A DNA stretch of 64,000 bases, taken from positions 57,784,001 to 57,848,000 of the forward strand of contig NC_043001.1 in assembly GCF_006345805.1 (NCBI RefSeq). Direction: 5' to 3'. This stretch comes from Octopus sinensis. Lineage: Eukaryota. Under the pieces are notes generated by a model that was not told where the DNA came from, made no database searches, and saw nothing but the letters and a program-made list of their open reading frames with translations. The position numbers and the translations under genes are program-made. Numbering within the stretch: position 1 is the stretch's first letter; each line of letters opens with the position of its first letter. Positions 11,290 through 23,610 of the stretch are shown here, piece after piece.

Positions 11290-14200
11290 AAAAGTACACC
11301 GAATCGCTTGTCCTATGGTTAGTCTCGAAGCACGCCCTAACCCAACTCGGGCCTTACAAGTCCACTACTACACCCACCACAGAAAGAAAAATGTAAGATG
11401 ATCAAATGTAGTCGAGAAGAGTATACAGAAGTAATATACGCCTACTACTATGTATTAAGCAGGCCATCTGAAGAGAAACACACCTCACACTCTTATCAAA
11501 TATATCGAAGACGTAAGCAAAACAGCAGACTATATTTGGACGTAAACAAGTTAGCAAATATCAGGAGGGATATCTTCAGAAATAGAAGTTACACAAATAG
11601 GGAAATAGCCGCGATCGCGTACATAGCGGAAAATTACCTAAATATAAGACAGAAAGGAAACGAAGTACCAGACGAAGAGAGCAACTCTCCAAGACCCTCA
11701 ACTGAAAGACTGCCATCTGATCAGAACACGCAAACGTCTGAAGAAATAAATTGCAATGAATGGGATAAAGATAGCAAGAAAAGTGGTAAAGAAACGATAT
11801 TTGAAGACCATAAATGTATCGAAGACCATAGAGATTCTATGATAGATATAAAGCAGAAGATACTGAATAAGTTAGCGGGTGTAAGATACGCCAATATGCA
11901 TGATAGAGAAACATTTCATAAACTCTCAAATACAATCCGAAATAGAAAGCAATTTAACATGGGGAACTATATAACAAAAGAAATTTTACAAGAATTAAAA
12001 CCAGATCTCACTGAATTAAACGAAATTATTGACACAGCTGCAAAGAAATTGAAACTTCTTGTATATCTGAAAAAACAAAGAAAAACAAACCTGAGAAGAA
12101 TTCCAAAATGGAAAGGTAAAACTGAAAAAGAGATTGAAATAACGTCATTGAACTAATCTGTGGAATCGCTGTAAAATCCAGAAGAGGAAGAAAGATGTGG
12201 AGAAAACATTGATTCTCACCAAGAGAAGAACTGCTTTCAGCAAAAGAAACACTGAAGCAAAAAGTCCAAAATAAAACTCAAAGAATACGAAGACTTGAGA
12301 AGAGAAGCAGGTTTTACAAGCAAAATGAGCTGTTCACATCCAATGTCAAAACATTCTACAAAACAATAGGGAATGAAAAAATAACTGAAGATCCCCATCT
12401 CCCATGGAAGAAGTTGAAAACTTTTGGAAAAATATATGGAGTGATGAAAAGACTTCCAATGAAAATACAGATTGCATTATATGGACAGAAGGATCCTGCC
12501 AAAACTTACCAGAACAAGTGTAGGACGACATGACCATAGCAGACCTAATGAGGACATTCACGATGGCTCATAAGTGGAAATCCCCTGGTAAAAAAAGGGT
12601 ACCAAAATTTTGGCTCACATCGCTCCCGTGCTTGCACGATAAGTTAGTCCAGTCAATCAATGAAATTATAAGAGATCCTACGAAAACAGCTGATTGGTTA
12701 ACAAGAGATATTACCTACCTACTCCCGAAGGACAATGAGACCAAATTTCCCCAAAACTATCGACCCGTAACATGTATATCTACCACGTATAAACTTTTAA
12801 CATCTATCCTCGTGGAGAAAATATACAAATACAGGACGATATTTTTCCACACTGAACAAAAAGTGTGCCGACGAGGCTCATATGGAAGCGAACACCAACT
12901 CTTAATCAATGGCTCGATCTTTGGGAACTATCATAACAAACACAGAAATCTCAGTACCGCATGGATTGATTATAAAAAGGGCTTTGACAGCCTCCCGCAT
13001 TCATGGATCTTGAAATCGATGGGTGTCTTCAAAATTACTCCAGTGATTTCAAGCTTCCTGAAGCACAATATGTCAATGTTAAATACGAATCTCCAGTTAT
13101 GCCACTTAATGGAGTACTGACTACAAAAATAATGTTAATATCTAGTGTTGCATTTTCCAAGGTGACTCACTTGCACCTTTAATTTTTTGCACAGCCCTAA
13201 TATCCCTTACAAGTGAACTTAACAGAACGAGGTGTGGTTATAAAATTGGCTACAAGAAAATAAGTAATCGATTTTATATGGATGACTTAAAAATCTATGG
13301 CACAGTCGATAATGAGCTTGAAGGACAACTACATACTGTGAAAGCATTCAGTGATGACATCCGGATGGAATTTGGTCTTGATAAATGTGCCGAGGCCACT
13401 TTCCAGAAAGGGAAATTAAAGACCTCACATTTCGTGGTATTGGATGTCGACGCAATCATAGAGGAACTCGAGCAGGAACAAACCTACAAACACCTCGGAA
13501 TAAATGAGGGATTTGGCATTCAGCATGCAAGCATGATAAAGAAGTCCAAGAAGGAATGTTACAGGAGAGTTCTAGCAGTCCTTAACACCAAGTTAAATGC
13601 ACGTAAGAAGGTGTTGGCTATAAATTCCAGAGCAGTTCCGGTTGTTATTTAAAGTTTCAATATGTTGAACTGGAATATAAAGGAAATAAGGAAGGTTGAC
13701 AAGAAAAGCTGCTGACTTGCATTAAGATGCTCCACCCAAAAGCAGATACAGATCGTCTTTAACTACTCAGAGTTCAATGTGGTCGAGGTTTGATCCAATT
13801 TGAATTATCATACAATACTGCCACAACTAGACTGGCAAAATATCTTGAAACATTTAACGACAGGATGCTAAAGCACGTTGAAACCATGAAAGAAGTAAGA
13901 AATGCCATTCTGTTACAAAGGAGAGCAAAAATTTTCCAAGTCTGAAACCCAGTGGAAAAGTATGTTGGAAGTGCGGCAACTGTAGTCGCAAAGAAGGTGA
14001 TATCAATAGCAAAGCAAAATGCGTTTGAACAATTGGCTGATAGGTGGAAACAAAAAACCTGTACAAGGCAAATATGTGGCCCGTAACAAACAGCTGATGT
14101 AGAACAGAAGCACACCAATCAGTGACTACCGAGATCAGGGATAAAGGCAGAAAGTGAAGGTTACTCAAGATCAGAGTTTATTGACCCGGAACTTTCAAGC

Positions 14201-14995
14201 TAATGTGATGAAAAATGCTGTAGACCCAAAGAGTCGATTCTGCAACAATGTGGTTGAAACAGCGGTTTTAGCACCCGTAGAGAACAAATCAAGACATGAC
14301 AGAGTTGTCCAGTATGTATACTGGATAATATGTCGACATTATAAATTCAAACCTGCTGACTAATGGCACAAGCACCACAGTGGTGCTGCAACTGAGGCAG
14401 ATTATTTAACATTTTTGGGACTTGCCAAATGTATAGACCGAACCATCATAGTAAATAAACTAGATATTGTTGTTAAAGACAAAAACAATAATGTCGCTTT
14501 ATTGATTGACATGAGCATATCCTGTGACTATAATATCTCGGCAAAAGAATTTGATAAGATTAGAATATATTAAGATTTGGTAATCGAAACTGAAAATATG
14601 TGGTATCTCAAGACGGTTACAATACCAATGACTTTAAGTACACTTCAAATGATCGAAAAAGGAACTGAAAATTATTTAAGAATGATCCCTGGTTTACTAT
14701 CTATGCAGGAAGTTCAAAATATTGTCTTAAGAGGAAAAGGTACGCTACAGCAACTGAGAAGAGCATTGTCACCGTGAATATTCTTTCCCTTTTGCTCCTT
14801 TATGTTCTTTGTTTACTATTATATTTTCCCCTGTTTCTCTCTGTCTTCCTTCCCTTTTTTCTCTATCACATGTCTTTGTAAATGAACAATATGTTATGTC
14901 TATTTTAATAGCCCACCTATGTACACAATGTTCTCCTTTACCCTAGGTGTCAGGAAGACCGTCGGTAAGTGATGGAAACAGAACTGAAAGAAGAA
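11290..14995 (+). mobile_element. Decayed near full-length R4/Dong-clade LINE (RT + restriction-like endonuclease)
   Basis: Fragments SREEYTEVIYAYY, HKWKSPG, PQNYRPVTCI, AWIDYKKGFDSLPHSW, FQGDSL, MDDLKIY, DDIRMEFGLDKC, RHDRV, KLDIVVKDK...LIDMSI. Many stops and frameshifts. Confidence 0.85.
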
Positions 14996-15039
14996 AATAA
15001 TGAAAACAACAACAAGAACAGTGATGATTGATGATGATA

Positions 15040-15700
15040 ATAATAGAACATGACCAGGAACAAACTTACAAATACCTTGCAATAAATGAAAGCCCTGGCA
15101 CTCAACATGCGAGTATGAAATGGGGGATTAAGAAGGAATGTTATAGGAGTGTTCGAGTATTCCTAAACCTTGAGTTACATTCCTTAGCAGTTACAGTTGT
15201 TATTTATCGTTCCAATGTGTTGAACTGGAATATCAGCGAAATTAGGAAGTTTGACCGGAAAATCCGAAAGCTGCTGACTTACAATAAGATGCGCCACACA
15301 AAGGCAGAAGCAGATCGTCTTTACTTGCCCAGACCCCAAGGCACGGAAGCTTGATCTACTTTGAAATCTCTTACAAAACCGCTACAATTAGACTGGCAAA
15401 ATATCTTGAAACGTCTAACGGCTGTATGCTAAAACACTTTGAAAGCCACGAGAGACGTAAGAAGTTCCATTCTGTCATGAAGAAGAGCAGAGAATTTGCT
15501 ATTGAGTTCATGCATAATAACCCGGGTGAACAGCATGACAGAAGCGCGGCAAATGTCGCAAAGAAGGTGAAATCAATGGCAAAGCATAAGGCGTTCGAAA
15601 AATTGGCCAACACTTGGGAACACAAAACTCAGTTTTTGGCCCCTAGCAGACAAGCTGACATAAACCACATTAACCAAAGAGATACCATTCAGTGGCTACG
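15040..15700 (+). mobile_element. Internal fragment of a related R4/Dong LINE
   Basis: QEQTYKYLAINE...KKECYRSVR...DRLYLPR; nucleotide similarity to 13470-14100. Confidence 0.8.
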
Positions 15701-16719
15701 GGAGCTCTGTGATAAAGGCAGAAAGCGGTTTATTTATATATTTAATGTTTGCGAGCGATCGGATTCATTTGTAGTATTCTCGTTTCTGAGAGCAATCAAG
15801 TTTATTTCAGATATTCACATTTTAAAAATCATCTCTGGCTAATCGTTGAAAGGACGTTGATTGTTGCCTTGGTGGAGGTTTGCACTCTCTGAGTGCTCTT
15901 GTTATTGTTATTTTTTCTTTATCAAGAATCTTGCAAAACAATTACATAGACGTAAAATACTAACAGAGATATAAAACAGGAGATATAAAAGAGGACTAAA
16001 ATAATAAACTGAAAACACCACCATACAATCATATATAGTACAGTTGGCCATGTGATGAGGCTAAATAAAGACATAGGATAATCTATTTATTGAACGAAAT
16101 GGTCAGTTATATTGCACCCTGAATTTAATAGTTGCTTATCAACAACGGCATGGTGAGAGCAAGGTTTAAACAGGCGGGATTTGAAACTAAACGTAGCAAA
16201 AAATAAAAAAGAGAAAAAAAAACAATAAATCATGTTGATGATCCGTTGAAACTACAATCCATTGCGCAGCTGATGGTATTAGTACCATATTGTGGAATCT
16301 AAAAACATAACAAAAATGCATATTTAAATAAATATAAATGAAATAAAGAACCGAAAATTCAGTGAAAGGATTTCTATTATATCGCATATATGCACTATAT
16401 TAATGGAAAGAAAATAGAAAAAGAATATCATTCCGCATACAGAGAGCTGCATATATAAAACACGGATATAAAATATTGTACTGGTGAGGAAAGAGGCTGA
16501 AGCGAAGCCCATAAGAATTTGGGAAAATATTCAGAATATACATAAATATAAGTTACATTACATTTGGGCAAAACGTAAATGTATAGAAGCCTTTCAAAGT
16601 TCGCAGGGAAAATATATAGCAAATGCATATTAAACACAAGGCCTCACATTTACATACATATATGTGTACATATATTAACATTACTATTATTTTATGTGCA
16701 TCCGTACGTATATGCATTT

Positions 16720-17234
16720 ATACATATACCTACATACATATATGTATATATACATACATACATATATGTATATATACATACATACATACATATATGTATA
16801 TATACATACATACATACATATATGTATATATACATACATACATATATGTATATATACATACATACATACATATATATATATGTATATACATATATAAATA
16901 TATATGTTTATATATATATGTATATATATATATATATAAATATATATATATATATGTGTGTATATATATATATGTATATTTGTGTGTATATATGAATATA
17001 TATACTTATATGAATACACATCTATATATGTATGTATATACATATTATATATATATGTATATATATACATATGTATATGTACATGTATTTGTACGTCTAT
17101 ATATATATATATATATACATATATAGACATGTGTATATGTACGTATATGAATATATATATATATTATACTGATATATATTATACATATAGATAAATAGAT
17201 ACATGCATATGATCTTACACACATACATACACTC

Positions 17235-17265
<31 letters not shown>

Positions 17266-17270
17266 TATGC
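16720..17270. repeat. Compound (TACA)/(TA) microsatellite
   Basis: Direct reading. Confidence 0.9.
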
Positions 17271-18229
17271 AGGTACCTACATATGCCAAACGACTCTACA
17301 CAGAGTATTTTGAAAATAGTGTACGTGAGGTTATGTGATATCTTTATTTAAGATTCTCTACTATGTTTCGTGGATGTGAGGTGTACATACATGGATACAC
17401 TAAAGTGCATACGTACATAAACGCATTGAAATACAAACACGCTCATAAACATACAATTGCAAATACATATCTATACGTATACATGAGTATGTTTATGCAA
17501 ATAGATATTTATGAATAGAATATGAGAGAATATTCTCATCACCAAAAGTAGTTGGTTTACAACAGTTTTGATATTTACATAAATATAGAAGTAAGCCAAC
17601 ACGCATGCTTGGGTAATAAGGTACACACGGAAGCACTCACATACTTGTATACTCACGAGCATTAAGTAAGAAACACTCAGACACACACATATGCATATAA
17701 ATGTGTGTCCTTTTGTGAGTTTAAATTTAAACAGCTCTGATCCTGTTACTGCCAATATTAACCATTGTATTATGGAGCCGACTTTAAATATCGAGGAAGC
17801 CTTACAAGAAATCTATATAAACGCATTTGTCTTAGTTTTACACTTCTGTTTTGGTGTTACTTCCCTTTCTTTTTCCCCACGATATATCAATCACGCCTTT
17901 CAATAGTCTGAATCAATGTATAGTTTGTTTGTTTCTCTTACTCATTATATGTATGCACCTGTGATTGTGTAATTGTGTGCGTGTGCCACCGCCTGTCTGG
18001 TATGGGAATTAACGTCCAATGCTTGAAGATTTTCTACAACATTCTATGCCAATTGCACGTCTTTATCTATTACAAATCCAGTGCGTGTGGCAGCACCGTG
18101 TAGGCGGAAGATGGTAGAACGAAGAGCGGCCTTAATATAGGTCTCCATAATTCTGTCATTTAAAAAAGAGGGTCTTTTATCTTCACGGATATTGTGGTCT
18201 ATCTCCTGTTCATAGATATAGTTTGTCGA

Positions 18230-18263
18230 TACACACACACTGTCACACAAATACAGACACACA

Positions 18264-18311
<48 letters not shown>

Positions 18312-18375
18312 CATATTGAGAGAGATGGCTAGATAGATGGATAGATAGGTAGTAATATGTATATACGTATATGCT

Positions 18376-18408
<33 letters not shown>

Positions 18409-18433
18409 TATATATATAATATATATATATATA

Positions 18434-18483
<50 letters not shown>

Positions 18484-18490
18484 CATACAT

Positions 18491-18560
<70 letters not shown>
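18230..18560. repeat. (CA)n followed by (TA)n
   Basis: Direct reading. Confidence 0.9.
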
Positions 18561-18564
<4 letters not shown>

Positions 18565-18612
18565 AAACAAGTCAAAATAGAAAATGCTAAGATGATTTTA
18601 TAGTGAATCTTT

Positions 18613-18650
18613 CAGTACCGGTTTCGGTCATTTTGAGACCTTTTCAACTG
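18613..18650 (-). ncRNA. Decayed minimal type-I hammerhead ribozyme motif
   Basis: Minus strand: CAG TTGAAAA GGTC tcaaaat GACC GAAAC CG GTA CTG. Stems I, II and III (palindrome ACCGGT) are intact; the core has two substitutions relative to CUGAAGA. Confidence 0.5.
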
Positions 18651-19706
18651 TAACGATTAAATAATTAAATTTAGAAAAATTAGAAGAAAAGTTTTTTTAA
18701 AAGAATATTTCTGTAGTAGTGTTCAGATATAAGTAGCATTCTGCCTTTCTCTGACTCCCTTGGGAAATGTAAAGATATAGAATTTTATTTTTTTTGTTAG
18801 TGGTAGGATAATTTGCTTACGAAAAATACGGTGTTATTTTAATTATGTACCTTATGATAATTTACATTCTTCATCTGGGTAAAAATGTATGTATGATTAC
18901 ATATACGAATTTATGAATATATGTGAGTGGAACTGTTTGTAAGCATGTATGTGTGTGTAAGTGTGGGCTAGTATCTCTTATGTTATGTTGTGATTAGGCT
19001 GTGTATGTGCGTATGTGCGCACGTTTGCAAGTGTGCGCGTGTGGATGTTTCTCAACTAACCAACCGTAAAAAAACAATTGTAATTTAAATTTAAAAATAT
19101 AAGCCAATCAAATTCCGGCGGTCGTTTCATAACTATTTCGGAAATTAATAATATATTAGTGTCACAATAGAAATTATTAATTCACATGCATGTGTGGAAA
19201 TTAACACCATGTAAACTGATTGACTTGACTGCTTTTTTTGTATGTATTTGCAAATATTTAATGCCTTGCATAATACTGTGGTATTATGTTGGTCCCTAGT
19301 TTTGCTACTATATTGATATTTATGTGATATATGTATTGTTTTATTAGTATTGATGTTATTAGAAATAAGAACAATGATATTGGTAGCATTAATGATATTG
19401 ATAATAGTATTGATGTTAACATTAATGACTTTTTGTAAATTAACATAAGGTAATACTGACTCTATATATCTGCATTGAAGTATGAATATGTCTATGTTCT
19501 CTACGTTGTAATATCTTAATATTAAGTTGAAAAACATTGAATATGGAACATATATATATTTATTGATTTATATTATTTGTATTATTATGTATATGTGTAT
19601 GTATAAGAGTATGAGTATATGCACTCATATATATATGTAAATGATTTATTATGGGTATGTACCCACAGTTATATGAGTATATGTGTAATTTGGTTTATAC
19701 CTTAGA

Positions 19707-19833
19707 ATCTCCGAAGAGGCCTTAGGATATTTTTGTGAATGTCTCATTTATAACTTCATATTGACATACTATACATGGTTAATATAGGTAAAATGAGACA
19801 CAATTATCTGCATGGCCGAAACAGCTGTAAGAT
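19707..19833 (+). ncRNA. Type-I hammerhead ribozyme motif with 92-nt loop II and U4C core variant
   Basis: ATCT CCGAAGA GGCC [92 nt] GGCC GAAAC AGCT GTA AGAT. Stem I ATCT/AGAT, stem II GGCC/GGCC, palindromic helix III ACAGCTGT, predicted GUA cleavage after 19829. Confidence 0.6.
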
Positions 19834-20050
19834 ATAGTGTATATTTATATTTATATCTATACTTATTTATTTATATACTCTTATAATGATTGTACGTATT
19901 GTATTGTATTACTCATTCATGTATGCTGTTTTGCTATATATTTTTATGTTTAACCTTAATGTTCTTATGTAGTGGTTTAATAAAGTATGTGATTGGGTAT
20001 TATCTGGTAGTTGATTAATGATTTAGATGTATTTCTCCATTTTTTTATTT

Positions 20051-20084
<34 letters not shown>

Positions 20085-20099
20085 AATACACATATATAT

Positions 20100-20309
20100 A
20101 CTCTTTTACTCTTTTACTTATTTCAGTCATTTGACTGTTGCCACGCTGGAGCACCGCCTTTAGTCCAGCAAATCGACCCGAGGACTTATTCTTTGTAAGC
20201 CTAGTACTTATTCTATCGGTCTCTTTTGTCGAACCGCTAAGTTACGTGGACGTAAACACACCACCATCAGTTGTCAAGTGATGTTGGGGGGACAAACACA
20301 AACGCACAA

Positions 20310-20360
<51 letters not shown>

Positions 20361-20517
20361 CATATATACGACGGGCTTCTTTCAGTTTGCGTCTACCAAA
20401 TCCACTCACAAGGCTTTGGTCGGCCCGAGGCTATAGTAAAAGACACTTGCTCAAGGTTCCACGCAGTGGGACTGAACCCAGAACTATGGAGTTGCTAAGC
20501 AAGCTACTTACCCCACA

Positions 20518-20520
<3 letters not shown>
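20100..20520 (-). mobile_element. SINE family A copy (empty target site)
   Basis: Colinear with 10000-10417; retains ctaagcaagctactt uninterrupted. Confidence 0.9.
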
Positions 20521-20583
<63 letters not shown>

Positions 20584-21474
20584 CATACATACATACACTC
20601 AATCCTACATCTGCATGAGCATGCCTGAATATGCAACTATATTATATGCATGGGAATAGACATAAAGCAAAATATACAAATCTGCACATATACAAAAACA
20701 TACACATAGTTCAAGCTAGACAACACAAATTTGTAGAATATATAATTTCTATTTGCCTCAAGTGAACAGATTTCGTCTTTGGTTTACAATCATTATAGGC
20801 TGCAAGCATTTGCTTGTACTCACAACATGGTGCCGTGAGCTATACGAAATTGATAAAAAAATACCACCGAATGAGATTTCCGATGTCACTGTAATACCGA
20901 ACCCCACTAAACTTACTTTATGTGACACAAGTGTCTGGTCTACAACGAGGAACATAAAGTGATGACTCGTTCTTGCCGCTAAGATAATTTATATACGTGA
21001 CATGAGGAGGACAAATAGAAGTCCAGATATTCTCAACCTGGGGCCTTTAAATATTTTCTATTCAATTTAATTTAAATCTATTTAAAACTTTTGTAGCTCC
21101 AACTCTGTGTAACTCAGGATGTGAACGTATCCTGAAACTAGTGAAACGTGCAGTGAAGTGTGGAAGCCGAACGTTATTAAATACATACCACTTCAACTAA
21201 ATGCATTGCATATTACTTATTTCCGATGTTTCACATATATATACATAAGCCTAGATCTCTCTCTCTCTCTCCCACTCTCTCTTTCCCTCGCTCTTTATAT
21301 CTATCTATATATATATACATATATATATATATACATACGCACAGGCACAGACACAAATACATATAGTTAATACAAATAAACATTTAAAAAGTAGATGAAA
21401 AGAAAGAAAATATGAACGTGAGGACGTGCACAAGAAATATATTAATTTGACGCTACGTGAAGGGATAGAGTTGC

Positions 21475-21502
21475 TAACGTTTTGAGCATAGATCTTCGTT
21501 GG
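21475..21502 (-). ncRNA. Heavily decayed hammerhead-like motif
   Basis: Minus strand: CCAACGA AGATC TAT GCTC AAAAC GTTA; correct element order but several core changes. Confidence 0.3.
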
Positions 21503-21550
21503 AAACAGGAGAATCCAAAGAGAAAGAAGGAAAAATAGGGAAAAACCAAT

Positions 21551-21940
21551 ACTCTTTACTCTTACCCTTTTACTTGTTTCAGTTATTTGACTGTTGTCAT
21601 GCTGCAGCACCGTCTTTAGTCGAGCAAATCGACCCGAGGACTTATTCTTTGTAAACCTAGTACTGATTCTATAGGTCGCTTTGTCGAACCGCTAACTTAC
21701 GGGAACGTAAACACACCAGCATCGGTTGTCAAGTGATGTTGAGGGAAAAACACAGACGCACAAACATATACACACATACATATATATACATATATATATA
21801 CGACGGAATTCTTTCAGTTTCCTTCGACCAAATCCACTCACAAGTCTTTGGTCAGCCCGAGGCTATGATAGAAGACACTTGCCCAAGTTTCTACGCGGTG
21901 GACTGAACCCGGAACCATGTAGTTCGTAAGCAAACTACTT
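21551..21940 (-). mobile_element. SINE family A copy, body and tail; head interrupted by two insertions
   Basis: Colinear with 10000-10391, then breaks after gtaagcaaactactt; resumes at 25943. Confidence 0.9.
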
Positions 21941-23595
21941 TATTTTATATCATTTGCCATAAAAGCAGTACGCAGATATGTAGCTTTGCGGGCTGGACAA
22001 GACATTAATGAGGCGAATGATAATAATACAAGATGATAAAGATAGGAGAAGACAGAAAGCGCCCGCCGAACCTCTGCTTCTCTAAAACAATATTCGTTAA
22101 AAACAACATATTGAGAGGTATTAAACCTCTTACAAATATATACAGAAAGTTGGACTAGAAGTCCATCACAAAGAAACCAAAATTTCTACACATATATATG
22201 GAGGCGATAAACCTCTTACATTACTCCCTCAATTAACTCTTTTCAGCCTGCAGGTATTCCTGCAACCACCAATCGGAGCCACAAAAAGTAATCTCTAGTC
22301 CTCCTTTGGGAAGGATCTGGACCTGTGGGAAAAATCTTTTCTTTCCAGTACCAATGTAGCCACCAGTGAAGTAGCAGGGGGCTCTGTTGGGGACCAGGAG
22401 GATTACAGTTATCATTAATCAACTGTTCCTGGACCTTTGCCAGGTTCCGGCAACAGTTCTTCTTCATGTGTCCTGATTCCAGGCACAGGTGACTCTTGGT
22501 GGGGGGGCATCCGTCATTCATCACTGGGTGCCTGGAACCGGCCATTATCAAGAAATATGGTAAAACCAGATCTTCGGCCTATTGAACCCACAAAATTGCT
22601 TTTGACCCGACCCAATCGTCTGCAGGCAGTATTTTTACATTCCAGAACCTGACAGGGCTACCACCCATTCCTCGACGAAGAGAATCTTCTATCCATACAG
22701 CCTCTATACCGGGCGACGTCCCACACACCCAGGCTCTTGTCAATTTACGCCCACCATAAGTGGGGAGAAACAAAATGTTTCTCCCATCTTTCTGTTGGCT
22801 CGCAAATTTCTAAGCCTCCGTAGGTGTGTCGAAAAGCACGCACACCATTGCGTACTTTGCACTGCTAAGAATGAACTTATAAGTTGGCTGTAAGCCCGCC
22901 GACTCTACTTCAATTTCAGTCTGAGAGAATACACAGATGGTGTCGCGGACCTTGCAATAGGTCTGCAACACCACCATTTTCTCATCATAGTTTTTTAGTC
23001 ACTCCTTGGAGGCCACAATTTGCCACTACAAGACTTTCTTACATTTGGTTGATATTATTAAAATAAACTATAATATAAAAGTCCACAACAAAATCAAAAA
23101 TGTTCAAATAAAAGTCTCTAATGCTAACACAAAAAAGAGCGGAAAGACAGACAAGAGAAAAAAGGACGAAGAAAGACAACAAACGTTCAAATGACAACAA
23201 AATTCAACTCTGGTAATCCTTTGTATCACAGTTAAACATCCCTTGGAGCACAAAAATAGCAGCCAAAAATTCCTCCAATTCTGGTTGAACTCGAAATGGT
23301 AAAATCCACAAAGTGCACACAGTCACATAAAATCATAAATTTTGGGAGGGACTCTCCTCCCGAAAACACACAATTTTTACTAAAAAGTGAATCTTTTAGT
23401 ACGACCACTGGCAAACAAATCTCTGGAATCCAGTGGAGACCCTTGTTAGAAAAAATAATTAACAATACGGACAATGGAGCTCACTAAGCTTCCAAAAAAC
23501 AATAGCCTTACCTGTGGTCATACTTCAAATGTTCAATTTCAACGTCGAATGACGTTATTTTCTCAGTGCAGAATAAACGCGTCAACAACATAGTA
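21941..23595 (-). mobile_element. ORF1-only Tx1/L1-like retroelement, copy 1 (decayed)
   Basis: Degenerate ORF1 homologous to copy 2; 3' end AATA abutting the target motif; about 200 bp of 3' end similar to copy 2; bounded by 15-bp repeats. Confidence 0.75.
22243..23055 (-). pseudogene. Decayed ORF1 with CCHC zinc-knuckle remnant
   Basis: KVL*WQIVASKE*LKNYDEKMVVLQTYCKVRDTI, FLPTYGGRKLTRAWVCG...VKILPADDWVGSKAIL and CLESGHMKKNC align to the copy-2 ORF1. Confidence 0.75.
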
Positions 23596-23610
23596 GTAAG
23601 GAAGCTACTT

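Noticed and set aside
18044-18205. Minus-strand reading [43 protein letters not shown] after a CAG
   Set aside because: No homology recognised and no good donor site before the stop; it cannot be supported as an exon.
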